A stretch of 64,000 bases of DNA from Escherichia coli (lineage in GTDB: Bacteria; Pseudomonadota; Gammaproteobacteria; Enterobacterales; Enterobacteriaceae), in the NCBI RefSeq assembly GCF_003334255.1, contig NZ_QOWU01000008.1, one strand, 5' to 3'. The translations under genes were made by a program, and so were the position numbers. This document shows, piece by piece, positions 1 to 12,112 of this stretch. Numbering within the stretch: position 1 is the stretch's first letter; each line of letters opens with the position of its first letter. The notes under the pieces were generated by a model, which was not told where the DNA came from, made no database searches, and saw only the letters and a list, made by a program, of their open reading frames with translations.

Positions 1-1
1 G

Positions 2-694
2 TCTGACCGGGTGCAGAACGGCATGTTTGGTGCGTGTCTGATGGGTAATGCGCAGCTGGTTGCCGACTGCGTGAAAGCGATGCGCGATGTGGTGTCGATT
101 CCGGTGACGGTGAAAACGCGTATTGGCATCGACGACCAGGACAGCTATGAATTTCTCTGCGATTTCATCAATACCGTTTCCGGCAAAGGCGAGTGTGAGA
201 TGTTCATCATCCACGCACGTAAAGCCTGGCTTTCGGGGTTAAGCCCGAAAGAAAACCGTGAAATCCCGCCGCTCGATTATCCGCGTGTGTATCAACTGAA
301 GCGTGACTTTCCGCATCTGACAATGTCGATTAACGGTGGTATCAAGTCGCTGGAAGAGGCCAAAGCACACCTGCAACATATGGATGGCGTGATGGTCGGG
401 CGCGAGGCGTATCAGAATCCGGGTATTCTGGCGGCGGTAGACCGGGAGATCTTTGGTTCCTCGGATACCGATGCCGATCCGGTGGCGGTAGTGCGCGCCA
501 TGTATCCGTACATTGAGCGTGAACTCAGCCAGGGGACGTATCTCGGCCATATTACCCGGCATATGTTGGGCTTGTTCCAGGGTATTCCTGGCGCGCGGCA
601 GTGGCGGCGTTATTTAAGTGAAAATGCCCATAAAGCGGGTGCAGACATTAATGTGCTGGAACACGCGCTCAAACTGGTGGCGGATAAGCGTTAA
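2..694 (+). CDS. dusA: tRNA-dihydrouridine synthase A, 3' portion (5' end lies outside window)
   Basis: ORF 11..694 with no start inside the window; translation recognised as Dus-family flavoenzyme C-terminus; lies upstream of pspG-qor-dnaB as in E. coli. Confidence 0.85.
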   Translation, partial: SDRVQNGMFGACLMGNAQLVADCVKAMRDVVSIPVTVKTRIGIDDQDSYEFLCDFINTVSGKGECEMFIIHARKAWLSGLSPKENREIPPLDYPRVYQLKRDFPHLTMSINGGIKSLEEAKAHLQHMDGVMVGREAYQNPGILAAVDREIFGSSDTDADPVAVVRAMYPYIERELSQGTYLGHITRHMLGLFQGIPGARQWRRYLSENAHKAGADINVLEHALKLVADKR

Positions 695-776
695 CTTTTC
701 ACCAAAAAGTAGTCAAATTCACCACGCCCTGCGCACCGTCGCGGGGCGTTTTGCTGTTAAATCAATAGATTATTTT

Positions 777-791
777 TGGCATGATTCTTGT
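777..791 (+). promoter_or_regulatory. candidate sigma54 (-24/-12) promoter for pspG: TGGCAT-N5-TTGT
   Basis: Motif TGGCATGATTCTTGT about 37 bp upstream of the pspG ATG; GG..GT spacing as in the pspA sigma54 promoter; an IHF-like motif AATCAATAGATTA sits at 760..772. Confidence 0.45.
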
Positions 792-827
792 AATGCCAGC
801 AAGAGATTTCATATTTGGGAGAGCATC

Positions 828-1070
828 ATGCTGGAACTACTTTTTGTGATTGGCTTTTTTGTCATGCTGATGGTCACCGGCGTTTCGTTGCTGGGCATTA
901 TCGCCGCGCTGGTTGTGGCGACGGCCATTATGTTCCTCGGCGGTATGCTGGCATTGATGATTAAGTTGCTGCCGTGGTTACTACTGGCGATTGCGGTGGT
1001 GTGGGTTATTAAGGCGATTAAAGCACCAAAAGTGCCGAAATATCAGCGTTATGACCGCTGGCGTTACTAA
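828..1070 (+). CDS. pspG: phage-shock protein G, small inner-membrane protein (80 aa)
   Basis: Internal ATG of ORF 618..1070; translation MLELLFVIGFFVMLMVTGVSLLG... is hydrophobic and matches PspG; the 5' extension of the track ORF overlaps dusA and was rejected. Confidence 0.8.
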   Translation: MLELLFVIGFFVMLMVTGVSLLGIIAALVVATAIMFLGGMLALMIKLLPWLLLAIAVVWVIKAIKAPKVPKYQRYDRWRY

Positions 1071-1205
1071 GGGATTGTGCGGATGATCACAACCTAAGGT
1101 TTTATCCTTAGAACAAAATAGGAATTGATAATCAAATCTGTCACTATTGCGCCTCTAACAGATTCATCGTGCTGTACCCTACATACAGCCGAACTATAAA
1201 AAGAA

Positions 1206-1228
1206 AGGGCTTCCCAGGTGGAAGCCCT
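1206..1228 (-). terminator. hairpin downstream of qor (AGGGCTTCCcaggtGGAAGCCCT), flanked by A/T runs
   Basis: Perfect inverted repeat immediately 3' of the qor stop codon. Confidence 0.6.
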
Positions 1229-1235
1229 ATTTCTT

Positions 1236-2219
1236 TTATGGAATCAGCAGGCTGGAACCTTGCGTCGCCCGGCTTTCCAGAATCTCATGCGCACGCTGCG
1301 CATCCTTCAGCGGATATTTCTGCTGCTCGGCGACATCGACCTTAATCACACCGCTGGCAATCAAAGAGAACAGTTCATTACTGGCCTCGGTTAATTCCTC
1401 CCGCGTGGTGATATAGCCTTGCAGGGAAGGGCGTGTCACATACAACGAGCCTTTTTGATTGAGAATGCCTAAGTTCACACCGGTAACCGCACCTGATGAG
1501 TTGCCAAAACTGACCATTAAGCCGCGGCGTTGCAGGCAATCCAGCGACCGTTCCCAGGTGTCTCTGCCCACGGAATCGTACACCACGCGCACTTTCTTAC
1601 CGCCGGTGATCTCTTTTAACCGCTCGACCAGATCCTCTTCACGATAGTTAATAACCTGCCACGCGCCCGCTTTTAGCGCGCTTTGCGCTTTTTGCGCGGT
1701 TCCTACGGTGCCGATAAGTTTCGCGCCCAGGGCTTTTGCCCACTGGCAGGCAATTAAGCCAACGCCGCCAGCCGCTGCGTGGAACAGGAACTGTTCATCG
1801 GGTTTAATTTCATAGGTTTTGCGCAGCAGATAATAAACCGTTAAGCCTTTCAGGAAGGATGCCGCAGCTTGCTCAAAAGAAATTGCCGCAGGCAGAATCG
1901 CCGCTTTATCCGCAATAATGTTATGCACAGAGCTGTAAGCGCCTAACGCCGACTGCGCATAGACTACACGATCGCCTGCCTTAATATGCTTTACACCACT
2001 GCCGACTTTACTCACGATGCCTGCTGCTTCGGTGCCTAATCCGCTGGGTAGCGATGGCGGCGGGTAAAGGCCGCTGCGGATATATGTGTCGATAAAATTG
2101 ATGCCGATGGCTTTATTTTCGACCTGGATTTCATTCTCCGCCGGATCGGCAGGAGTGAACTCTACGGCTTGAAGTACTTCCGGGCCACCGTGCTTGTGAA
2201 ATTCAATTCGTGTTGCCAT
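1236..2219 (-). CDS. qorA: NADPH:quinone oxidoreductase (zeta-crystallin family), 327 aa
   Basis: ORF 1236..2327 trimmed to MATRIEFHKHGG...; medium-chain dehydrogenase fold with AAGGVG motif. Confidence 0.9.
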   Translation of the reverse strand: MATRIEFHKHGGPEVLQAVEFTPADPAENEIQVENKAIGINFIDTYIRSGLYPPPSLPSGLGTEAAGIVSKVGSGVKHIKAGDRVVYAQSALGAYSSVHNIIADKAAILPAAISFEQAAASFLKGLTVYYLLRKTYEIKPDEQFLFHAAAGGVGLIACQWAKALGAKLIGTVGTAQKAQSALKAGAWQVINYREEDLVERLKEITGGKKVRVVYDSVGRDTWERSLDCLQRRGLMVSFGNSSGAVTGVNLGILNQKGSLYVTRPSLQGYITTREELTEASNELFSLIASGVIKVDVAEQQKYPLKDAQRAHEILESRATQGSSLLIP

Positions 2220-2301
2220 GTGTCCTCCAGAACGTATCGTCAGGGTCTGCTTCATATGATAAAGTTTCGACCCATTCTTTATCTCGGTAACTCCATTCAC
2301 T

Positions 2302-3717
2302 ATGGCAGGAAATAAACCCTTCAACAAACAGCAGGCTGAACCCCGCGAACGCGATCCACAAGTTGCCGGGCTGAAAGTGCCTCCGCACTCGATCGAAGCG
2401 GAGCAGTCGGTGTTGGGCGGTTTAATGCTAGATAACGAACGCTGGGATGATGTAGCCGAGCGTGTGGTAGCAGACGATTTTTACACCCGCCCACACCGTC
2501 ATATCTTTACTGAAATGGCGCGTTTGCAGGAAAGCGGTAGCCCTATCGATCTGATTACTCTTGCGGAATCGCTGGAACGCCAGGGGCAACTCGATAGCGT
2601 CGGTGGTTTTGCTTATCTGGCAGAGCTGTCAAAAAATACGCCAAGTGCGGCTAACATCAGTGCCTATGCGGACATCGTGCGTGAACGTGCCGTTGTCCGT
2701 GAGATGATCTCGGTTGCGAATGAGATTGCCGAAGCTGGTTTTGATCCGCAGGGGCGTACCAGCGAAGATCTGCTGGATCTGGCTGAATCCCGCGTCTTTA
2801 AAATTGCCGAAAGTCGTGCGAACAAAGACGAAGGGCCGAAGAACATCGCCGATGTGCTCGACGCAACCGTGGCGCGTATTGAGCAGTTGTTTCAGCAGCC
2901 ACACGATGGCGTTACCGGGGTAAACACCGGTTATGACGATCTCAACAAAAAAACCGCTGGCTTGCAGCCGTCGGATTTGATCATCGTCGCCGCGCGTCCG
3001 TCGATGGGTAAAACAACATTTGCGATGAACCTCGTCGAAAACGCGGCGATGTTGCAGGATAAACCGGTACTTATCTTCTCGCTGGAGATGCCATCAGAAC
3101 AGATCATGATGCGTTCTCTGGCGTCGCTGTCGCGCGTTGACCAGACTAAAATCCGTACCGGGCAGCTCGATGACGAAGACTGGGCGCGCATTTCCGGCAC
3201 CATGGGTATTTTGCTCGAAAAACGCAATATCTATATCGATGACTCCTCCGGCCTGACGCCAACGGAAGTGCGTTCCCGCGCACGCCGTATTGCCCGTGAA
3301 CACGGCGGCATCGGGCTTATCATGATCGACTACCTGCAACTGATGCGCGTACCGGCGCTTTCCGATAACCGTACGCTGGAAATTGCAGAAATCTCTCGCT
3401 CGCTGAAAGCACTGGCGAAAGAACTGAACGTGCCGGTGGTGGCGCTGTCCCAGTTGAACCGTTCTCTGGAACAACGTGCCGACAAACGCCCGGTCAACTC
3501 CGACCTGCGTGAATCTGGCTCTATCGAGCAGGATGCGGACTTGATCATGTTTATCTATCGTGATGAGGTGTATCACGAAAACAGTGATTTAAAAGGCATC
3601 GCGGAAATTATTATCGGTAAACAACGTAACGGCCCAATCGGGACGGTACGCCTGACCTTTAACGGTCAATGGTCGCGCTTCGACAACTATGCGGGGCCGC
3701 AGTACGACGACGAATAA
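2302..3717 (+). CDS. dnaB: replicative DNA helicase DnaB, 471 aa
   Basis: Translation contains Walker A (ARPSMGKTTFAMN) and the conserved DnaB C-terminal RecA-like domain. Confidence 0.95.
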   Translation: MAGNKPFNKQQAEPRERDPQVAGLKVPPHSIEAEQSVLGGLMLDNERWDDVAERVVADDFYTRPHRHIFTEMARLQESGSPIDLITLAESLERQGQLDSVGGFAYLAELSKNTPSAANISAYADIVRERAVVREMISVANEIAEAGFDPQGRTSEDLLDLAESRVFKIAESRANKDEGPKNIADVLDATVARIEQLFQQPHDGVTGVNTGYDDLNKKTAGLQPSDLIIVAARPSMGKTTFAMNLVENAAMLQDKPVLIFSLEMPSEQIMMRSLASLSRVDQTKIRTGQLDDEDWARISGTMGILLEKRNIYIDDSSGLTPTEVRSRARRIAREHGGIGLIMIDYLQLMRVPALSDNRTLEIAEISRSLKALAKELNVPVVALSQLNRSLEQRADKRPVNSDLRESGSIEQDADLIMFIYRDEVYHENSDLKGIAEIIIGKQRNGPIGTVRLTFNGQWSRFDNYAGPQYDDE

Positions 3718-3769
3718 TAATTATTTTATGAATTAGGTAATTAAAGCAAACACTTATCAAGGAACACAA

Positions 3770-4849
3770 ATGCAAGCGGCAACTGTTGTGATTAACCGCC
3801 GCGCTCTGCGACACAACCTGCAACGTCTTCGTGAACTGGCCCCTGCCAGTAAAATGGTTGCGGTGGTGAAAGCGAACGCTTATGGTCACGGTCTTCTTGA
3901 GACCGCGCGAACGCTCCCCGATGCTGACGCCTTTGGCGTAGCCCGTCTCGAAGAAGCTCTGCGACTGCGTGCGGGGGGAATCACCAAACCTGTACTGTTA
4001 CTCGAAGGCTTTTTTGATGCCAGAGATCTGCCGACGATTTCTGCGCAACATTTTCATACCGCCGTGCATAACGAAGAACAGCTGGCTGCGCTGGAAGAGG
4101 CTAGCCTGGACGAGCCGGTTACCGTCTGGATGAAACTCGATACCGGTATGCACCGTCTGGGCGTAAGGCCGGAACAGGCTGAGGCGTTTTATCATCGCCT
4201 GACCCAGTGCAAAAACGTTCGTCAGCCGGTGAATATCGTCAGCCATTTTGCGCGCGCGGATGAACCAAAATGTGGCGCAACCGAGAAACAACTCGCTATC
4301 TTTAATACCTTTTGCGAAGGCAAACCTGGTCAACGTTCCATTGCCGCGTCGGGTGGCATTCTGCTGTGGCCACAGTCGCATTTTGACTGGGTGCGCCCGG
4401 GCATCATTCTTTATGGCGTCTCGCCGCTGGAAGATCGCTCCACCGGTGCCGATTTTGGCTGTCAGCCAGTGATGTCACTAACCTCCAGCCTGATTGCCGT
4501 GCGTGAGCATAAAGCCGGAGAGCCTGTTGGTTATGGTGGAACCTGGGTAAGCGAACGTGATACCCGTCTTGGCGTAGTCGCGATGGGCTATGGCGATGGT
4601 TATCCGCGCGCCGCGCCGTCCGGTACGCCAGTGCTGGTGAACGGTCGCGAAGTACCGATTGTCGGGCGCGTGGCGATGGATATGATCTGCGTAGACTTAG
4701 GTCCACAGGCGCAGGACAAAGCCGGGGATCCGGTCATTTTATGGGGCGAAGGTTTGCCCGTAGAACGTATCGCTGAAATGACGAAAGTAAGCGCTTACGA
4801 ACTTATTACGCGCCTGACTTCAAGGGTCGCGATGAAATACGTGGATTAA
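3770..4849 (+). CDS. alr: alanine racemase (biosynthetic), 359 aa
   Basis: PLP-binding motif [10 protein letters not shown] near the N-terminus; follows dnaB as in E. coli. Confidence 0.92.
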
Positions 4850-4872
4850 TCGTTCTGTAATATTTGATTGTC

Positions 4873-4908
4873 TGTGCCGGATGCGGCGTGAATGCCTTAT
4901 CCGGCCAA
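4873..4908. repeat. REP (repetitive extragenic palindromic) element
   Basis: GCCGGATGCGGCGTGAATGCCTTATCCGGCC palindromic unit in the alr-tyrB spacer. Confidence 0.8.
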
Positions 4909-5101
4909 TAAAATCCTAAAAATTCAATAAGTTGATGTTCTTTCATGCTCTTATAAAGGTCGTGCCTCTGGCGGATGTACGTTTGTCATGAGTCTCACTC
5001 TGTTGCTAATTGCCGTTCGCTCCTGAACATCCACTCGATCTTCGCCTTCTTCCGGTTTATTGTGTTTTAACCACCTGCCCGTAAACCTGGAGAACCATCG
5101 C

Positions 5102-6295
5102 GTGTTTCAAAAAGTTGACGCCTACGCTGGCGACCCGATTCTTACGCTTATGGAGCGTTTTAAAGAAGACCCTCGCAGCGACAAAGTGAATTTAAGTATC
5201 GGTCTGTACTACAACGAAGACGGAATTATTCCACAACTGCAAGCCGTGGCGGAGGCGGAAGCGCGCCTGAATGCGCAGCCTCATGGCGCTTCGCTTTATT
5301 TACCGATGGAAGGGCTTAACTGCTATCGCCATGCCATTGCGCCGCTGCTGTTTGGTGCGGACCATCCGGTACTGAAACAACAGCGCGTAGCAACCATTCA
5401 AACCCTTGGCGGCTCCGGGGCATTGAAAGTGGGCGCGGATTTCCTGAAACGCTACTTCCCGGAATCAGGCGTCTGGGTCAGCGATCCTACCTGGGAAAAC
5501 CACGTAGCAATATTCGCCGGGGCTGGATTCGAAGTGAGTACTTACCCCTGGTATGACGAAGCGACTAACGGCGTGCGCTTTAATGACCTGTTGGCGACGC
5601 TGAAAACATTACCTGCCCGCAGTATTGTGTTGCTGCATCCATGTTGCCACAACCCAACGGGTGCCGATCTCACTAATGATCAGTGGGATGCGGTGATTGA
5701 AATTCTCAAAGCCCGCGAGCTTATTCCATTCCTCGATATTGCCTATCAAGGATTTGGTGCCGGTATGGAAGAGGATGCCTACGCTATTCGCGCCATTGCC
5801 AGCGCTGGATTACCCGCTCTGGTGAGCAATTCGTTCTCGAAAATTTTCTCCCTTTACGGCGAGCGCGTCGGCGGACTTTCTGTTATGTGTGAAGATGCCG
5901 AAGCCGCTGGCCGCGTACTGGGGCAATTGAAAGCAACAGTTCGCCGCAACTACTCCAGCCCGCCGAATTTTGGTGCGCAGGTGGTGGCTGCAGTGCTGAA
6001 TGACGAGGCATTGAAAGCCAGCTGGCTGGCGGAAGTAGAAGAGATGCGTACTCGCATTCTGGCAATGCGTCAGGAATTGGTGAAGGTATTAAGCACAGAG
6101 ATGCCAGAACGCAATTTCGATTATCTGCTTAATCAGCGCGGCATGTTCAGTTATACCGGTTTAAGTGCCGCTCAGGTTGACCGACTACGTGAAGAATTTG
6201 GTGTCTATCTCATCGCCAGCGGTCGCATGTGTGTCGCCGGGTTAAATACGGCAAATGTACAACGTGTGGCAAAGGCGTTTGCTGCGGTGATGTAA
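5102..6295 (+). CDS. tyrB: aromatic-amino-acid aminotransferase, 397 aa, GTG start
   Basis: ORF 5060..6295 trimmed to GTG at 5102 ([14 protein letters not shown]...); class-I aminotransferase with the PLP-lysine motif [14 protein letters not shown]. Confidence 0.9.
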   Translation: MFQKVDAYAGDPILTLMERFKEDPRSDKVNLSIGLYYNEDGIIPQLQAVAEAEARLNAQPHGASLYLPMEGLNCYRHAIAPLLFGADHPVLKQQRVATIQTLGGSGALKVGADFLKRYFPESGVWVSDPTWENHVAIFAGAGFEVSTYPWYDEATNGVRFNDLLATLKTLPARSIVLLHPCCHNPTGADLTNDQWDAVIEILKARELIPFLDIAYQGFGAGMEEDAYAIRAIASAGLPALVSNSFSKIFSLYGERVGGLSVMCEDAEAAGRVLGQLKATVRRNYSSPPNFGAQVVAAVLNDEALKASWLAEVEEMRTRILAMRQELVKVLSTEMPERNFDYLLNQRGMFSYTGLSAAQVDRLREEFGVYLIASGRMCVAGLNTANVQRVAKAFAAVM

Positions 6296-6304
6296 TGCAG
6301 GAAA

Positions 6305-6328
6305 GCAGGCTGGAGCTACCCAGCCTGC
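6305..6328 (+). terminator. hairpin downstream of tyrB (GCAGGCTGGagctaccCAGCCTGC)
   Basis: Inverted repeat 10 bp after the tyrB stop; no clean T-run, so weak. Confidence 0.4.
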
Positions 6329-6796
6329 AGTGAAATTAAACTGTCGTCGCTTTCACTCTTTCTTTATAGATGATTTTTTTGATGCCATCGTTCTACGTGA
6401 GAGATAATAAACGTTGTTAGTTCTTTTATTGTTAAGCTTATCCCAATTATCTGGAATTCCTTATCCTGTTTTTTTGGGTGGAGTAATAATTTCTGCACAT
6501 CTAACCATTATTAAATTTAATAATAAGTATCGGGTTTGTTACGATAGAATATTTCTATATCCTCAAGAATATGCTTTGCCTTATTGCCTGTGACTTTCTG
6601 AGATTCAATTATAGTATCGTTAAATTCTAATGTTAAAGAGAACTCTTTTTTCCGCTTTGTGTAAGTTTAACCTTATATTGATTACCAATATCAAATAAAA
6701 AGGTCCTGTAATGAGAATAATCACCTTTAACCTCCTCGGCAAAACAGCAAAGCGTGCAAATATACATAAAGTCTTTCTTACCCCTGATTTTGTTAA

Positions 6797-7000
6797 CTAA
6801 ATCAATAAATGCGTGAAAAACTTTACTTGCAATAGAACTTGATACTTCTTCTCCAGGTCTAAAAAATCTTTTGCAATTTTTAACTGTGTTTCTATGTATA
6901 AAAAGAAATCTTTGGCATAAGAGATATCTTTATTATTTAGTGCATCTAGCTCAACAGGTAAAGATGTCGTTTTGTTGCTATTCACATATGATATATTCAT
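6797..7000 (-). CDS. yjbS: small uncharacterised protein (67 aa) in an AT-rich intergenic island
   Basis: Internal ATG of ORF 6797..7039; position between tyrB and aphA matches yjbS; no domain recognised; AT-rich. Confidence 0.45.
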   Translation of the reverse strand: MNISYVNSNKTTSLPVELDALNNKDISYAKDFFLYIETQLKIAKDFLDLEKKYQVLLQVKFFTHLLI

Positions 7001-7122
7001 ATCATCATCTCCATCGCGAGTAATAAAATTAATCACCATTGTAGGGTAGGGGGCTGGTCAATCAGAAATCATCTTTATAAACTTCGATTGTTTTTGTAAT
7101 GCTGTATCATTAAGTTCATTAA

Positions 7123-8115
<993 letters not shown>

Positions 8116-8121
8116 CAGAGC

Positions 8122-8157
8122 GGGAGAGCGTGATGCTCTCCCGAATGCTGTTTTTTT
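8122..8157 (+). terminator. rho-independent terminator of aphA
   Basis: GGGAGAGCgtgatGCTCTCCC hairpin followed by a TTTTTTT run. Confidence 0.7.
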
Positions 8158-8225
8158 AATCACACCTTTATCCTTTCGCTGTCTTGCTGCAAACTGATTA
8201 AGAGAGTTTTATCAAGGAGCAGCAC

Positions 8226-8642
8226 ATGTGGTATCAAAAGACGCTCACGCTTAGCGCCAAATCTCGTGGGTTTCATCTGGTAACGGATGAAATTCTGAAT
8301 CAGCTGGCTGATATGCCGCGCGTTAACATCGGCTTACTGCATCTGTTGCTGCAACATACCTCCGCCTCTCTGACACTTAATGAGAACTGCGATCCCACCG
8401 TACGCCACGACATGGAGCGTTTTTTCCTCCGCACCGTTCCCGACAACGGAAATTATGAGCATGACTATGAGGGAGCAGACGATATGCCTTCTCATATCAA
8501 ATCCTCAATGCTGGGAACATCGCTTGTATTGCCGGTGCATAAAGGGCGTATTCAGACCGGCACCTGGCAAGGCATTTGGCTGGGGGAACATCGCATCCAC
8601 GGCGGATCGCGTCGCATCATCGCGACACTACAAGGGGAGTAA
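8226..8642 (+). CDS. yjbQ: UPF0047 family protein (thiamin-phosphate synthase-like YjbQ), 138 aa
   Basis: ORF with an RBS-like GGAG upstream; conserved order aphA-yjbQ-yjbR-uvrA. Confidence 0.8.
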
Positions 8643-8645
8643 AAA

Positions 8646-9002
8646 ATGACCATTTCGGAGTTGCTACAATATTGCATGGCAAAACCAGGCGCAGAACAGA
8701 GCGTGCATAATGACTGGAAAGCGACGCAGATCAAAGTGGAAGATGTACTGTTTGCGATGGTGAAAGAAGTAGAAAATCGCCCAGCTGTTTCGCTGAAAAC
8801 CAGCCCGGAGCTGGCGGAGCTGCTACGTCAGCAGCACAGCGATGTGCGTCCAAGCCGCCATCTGAATAAAGCGCACTGGAGCACCGTGTATCTCGACGGT
8901 TCGCTGCCAGATTCGCAAATCTATTATCTGGTGGATGCGTCTTATCAGCAGGCGGTGAATTTACTGCCGGAAGAAAAACGTAAATTGCTGGTGCAACTCT
9001 GA
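8646..9002 (+). CDS. yjbR: uncharacterised protein YjbR (118 aa)
   Basis: ORF begins 4 bp after the yjbQ stop; conserved position. Confidence 0.8.
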   Translation: MTISELLQYCMAKPGAEQSVHNDWKATQIKVEDVLFAMVKEVENRPAVSLKTSPELAELLRQQHSDVRPSRHLNKAHWSTVYLDGSLPDSQIYYLVDASYQQAVNLLPEEKRKLLVQL

Positions 9003-9010
9003 AAGGAAAA

Positions 9011-9029
9011 GGCCGCTCAGAAAGCGGCC
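9011..9029. terminator. bidirectional hairpin between convergent yjbR and uvrA
   Basis: GGCCGCTcagaaAGCGGCC inverted repeat between the two stop codons. Confidence 0.7.
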
Positions 9030-9036
9030 TTAACGA

Positions 9037-11859
9037 TTACAGCATCGGCTTAAGGAAGCGTGCCGTGTGTGATGCTTCGCACTCCGCGACGGTTTCTGGC
9101 GTACCGGAGACGAGGATCTCGCCGCCACCACTGCCGCCTTCTGGTCCCAGGTCGACAATCCAGTCAGCGGTTTTGATCACGTCGAGATTGTGCTCAATCA
9201 CCACAATGGTGTTGCCCTGATCGCGCAGTTTATGCAGTACGTCGAGCAGTTGCTGAATATCGGCGAAGTGCAGACCGGTGGTCGGCTCGTCGAGAATATA
9301 CAGCGTCTGCCCGGTGCCGCGTTTTGACAGTTCACGCGCCAGCTTCACGCGCTGGGCTTCACCGCCTGAAAGGGTGGTTGCGGACTGCCCCAGTCGAATG
9401 TACGTCAGGCCAACGTCCATCAACGTTTGCAGCTTACGCGCCAGTGCAGGTACGGCATCAAAGAACTCACGCGCCTCTTCGATGGTCATATCCAGCACTT
9501 CGTGGATGGTTTTGCCTTTGTACTTAATCTCCAGCGTTTCACGGTTATAGCGTTTACCTTTGCACTGGTCGCACGGCACGTAGATATCCGGCAGGAAGTG
9601 CATCTCCACTTTGATCACGCCATCGCCCTGACAGGCCTCGCAGCGTCCGCCACGAACGTTAAAGCTGAAACGTCCCGGCGTATAGCCGCGCGCACGGGAT
9701 TCCGGTACGCCCGCAAACAGTTCGCGCACAGGCGTAAACACGCCGGTATAGGTCGCCGGGTTAGAACGTGGAGTACGACCAATTGGGCTTTGGTCGATAT
9801 CGATCACTTTATCGAAATGCTCCAGCCCCTGAATATCGCGATACGGTGCTGGTTCGGCGATGGTCGCCCCATTCAACTGGCGTTGGGCAATCGGGAACAG
9901 TGTGTCGTTAATCAGCGTCGATTTACCGGAACCTGAAACCCCGGTGATGCAGGTAAACAGACCCACCGGCAGCGTCAGCGTCACGTCCTTCAGGTTGTTG
10001 CCGCGTGCGCCTGTCAGCTTCAGCACTTTTTCCGGATTCGCCGGAACGCGTTTCTTCGGCACTTCAATCTTGCGTTTGCCGCTCATGTACTGCCCGGTCA
10101 ACGACTCCGGCACCGCCATAATCGCTTCCAGCGGACCTTCTGCGACCACTTCACCGCCGTGAACACCTGCGCCCGGGCCAATGTCGATCACATGGTCAGC
10201 GGCGCGAATTGCGTCTTCGTCGTGCTCCACCACAATCACGGTATTACCGAGATCGCGCAGATGGATAAGCGTACCCAACAGGCGCTCGTTATCACGCTGG
10301 TGCAGGCCGATAGACGGCTCGTCCAGCACGTACATAACGCCAACCAGGCCCGCACCAATCTGGCTCGCCAGACGGATACGCTGTGCTTCACCGCCAGAAA
10401 GCGTTTCTGCCGAGCGGGAAAGCGTCAGGTAATTCAGGCCGACGTTAACGAGGAATTTCAGACGATCGCCGATCTCTTTAAGGATTTTTTCTGCAATCTT
10501 CGCCCGCTGACCTGCGAGTTTGAGATTGTTGAAGAATTCCATCGCATGACCAATGCTCATGTCGGAGATAGCAGGCAGCGGCGTATTCTCGACATACACG
10601 TGGCGCGCTTCCCGACGCAGACGCGTCCCTTCGCAGCTGGCGCACGGACGATTACTGATAAACTTGGCTAATTCTTCGCGTACCGCGCTGGATTCCGTCT
10701 CTTTATAGCGGCGCTCCATATTATGCAGCACGCCTTCGAACGGATGACGACGAATGGAGGTATCGCCACGATCGTTCATGTATTTGAATTCAATGTTTTC
10801 TTTGCCAGAACCGTACAACACCACTTTATGCACGTTCGCGCTCAGGCTGCCCCACGGCGCTTCGACGTCGAACTTATAGTGATCTGCCAGCGATTTCAGC
10901 ATCTGGAAATAATAGAAGTTGCGGCGATCCCAGCCACGGATCGCACCACCAGCCAGCGACAGTTCCGGATTCTGGATCACTCGATCAGGATCGAAATATT
11001 GCTGTACGCCAAGGCCGTCGCAGGTCGGGCAGGCCCCCGCCGGGTTGTTAAACGAAAACAGTCGCGGCTCCAGTTCACGCATACTGTAGCCGCAAATTGG
11101 GCAGGCGAAGTTGGCGGAGAACAGCAGCTCTTCCGCTTTCGGGTCGTCCATATCCGCCACTACCGCGGTACCACCGGAAAGCTCCAGCGCGGTTTCAAAT
11201 GACTCGGCAAGACGTTGGGTAAGATCGTCACGCACCTTGAAGCGATCAACCACCACTTCAATGGTATGTTTCTTTTGCAGTTCCAGTTTTGGCGGATCGG
11301 AAAGATCGCAGACTTCGCCATCAATACGAGCACGGATGTAGCCCTGGCTTGCCAGGTTCTCCAGCGTTTTGGTGTGTTCGCCTTTGCGCTCTTTAATGAT
11401 TGGCGCGAGTAGCATCAGACGCTTGCCTTCCGGCTGCGACAGCACGTTATCCACCATCTGGCTGACGGTTTGCGCCGCCAGCGGGACGTCGTGGTCCGGA
11501 CAGCGCGGCTCGCCAACGCGGGCGAATAACAAACGCAAATAGTCGTGGATTTCGGTGATTGTCCCCACCGTAGAACGCGGGTTATGAGACGTCGATTTCT
11601 GCTCAATTGAGATGGCAGGAGAAAGCCCCTCAATATGATCGACGTCCGGCTTTTCCATCAGTGACAGAAACTGCCGCGCGTAGGCGGAAAGGGATTCAAC
11701 GTAACGGCGCTGCCCTTCGGCATATAAGGTGTCGAAAGCGAGCGAGGATTTGCCAGAACCCGAAAGCCCGGTCACGACAATGAGCTTGTCGCGGGGGATA
11801 ACGAGGTTGATGTTTTTGAGATTATGGGTGCGGGCGCCCCGAACTTCGATCTTATCCAT
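9037..11859 (-). CDS. uvrA: excinuclease ABC subunit A, 940 aa
   Basis: Two ABC ATPase modules ([10 protein letters not shown] and [10 protein letters not shown] Walker A motifs) and zinc-finger cysteine clusters. Confidence 0.97.
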   Translation of the reverse strand: MDKIEVRGARTHNLKNINLVIPRDKLIVVTGLSGSGKSSLAFDTLYAEGQRRYVESLSAYARQFLSLMEKPDVDHIEGLSPAISIEQKSTSHNPRSTVGTITEIHDYLRLLFARVGEPRCPDHDVPLAAQTVSQMVDNVLSQPEGKRLMLLAPIIKERKGEHTKTLENLASQGYIRARIDGEVCDLSDPPKLELQKKHTIEVVVDRFKVRDDLTQRLAESFETALELSGGTAVVADMDDPKAEELLFSANFACPICGYSMRELEPRLFSFNNPAGACPTCDGLGVQQYFDPDRVIQNPELSLAGGAIRGWDRRNFYYFQMLKSLADHYKFDVEAPWGSLSANVHKVVLYGSGKENIEFKYMNDRGDTSIRRHPFEGVLHNMERRYKETESSAVREELAKFISNRPCASCEGTRLRREARHVYVENTPLPAISDMSIGHAMEFFNNLKLAGQRAKIAEKILKEIGDRLKFLVNVGLNYLTLSRSAETLSGGEAQRIRLASQIGAGLVGVMYVLDEPSIGLHQRDNERLLGTLIHLRDLGNTVIVVEHDEDAIRAADHVIDIGPGAGVHGGEVVAEGPLEAIMAVPESLTGQYMSGKRKIEVPKKRVPANPEKVLKLTGARGNNLKDVTLTLPVGLFTCITGVSGSGKSTLINDTLFPIAQRQLNGATIAEPAPYRDIQGLEHFDKVIDIDQSPIGRTPRSNPATYTGVFTPVRELFAGVPESRARGYTPGRFSFNVRGGRCEACQGDGVIKVEMHFLPDIYVPCDQCKGKRYNRETLEIKYKGKTIHEVLDMTIEEAREFFDAVPALARKLQTLMDVGLTYIRLGQSATTLSGGEAQRVKLARELSKRGTGQTLYILDEPTTGLHFADIQQLLDVLHKLRDQGNTIVVIEHNLDVIKTADWIVDLGPEGGSGGGEILVSGTPETVAECEASHTARFLKPML

Positions 11860-11942
11860 TCACCTTTCCCGGATTAAACGCTTTTTTGCCCGGTGGCATG
11901 GTGCTACCGGCGATCACAAACGGTTAATTATGACACAAATTG

Positions 11943-11962
11943 ACCTGAATGAATATACAGTA
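11943..11962. promoter_or_regulatory. LexA (SOS) box in the divergent uvrA-ssb control region
   Basis: ACCTGAATGAATATACAGTA matches CTG-N10-CAG with the AT-rich core of the LexA consensus. Confidence 0.85.
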
Positions 11963-12112
11963 TTGGAATGCATTACCCGGAGTGTTGTGTAACAATGTCT
12001 GGCCAGGTTTGTTTCCCGGAACCGAGGTCACAACATAGTAAAAGCGCTATTGGTAATGGTACAATCGCGCGTTTACACTTATTCAGAACGATTTTTTTCA
12101 GGAGACACGAAC

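Noticed and set aside
618-827. N-terminal 70-aa extension of the pspG ORF
   Set aside because: It overlaps the dusA 3' end and the candidate sigma54 promoter; PspG begins at the internal ATG at 828.
4930-5101. TyrR boxes upstream of tyrB
   Set aside because: Expected from established regulation, but I could not find a convincing TGTAAA-N6-TTTACA match by eye, so no site is annotated.
9427-11202. Several 100-170-aa plus-strand ORFs within uvrA
   Set aside because: All are antisense to uvrA, whose ABC motifs are unambiguous.
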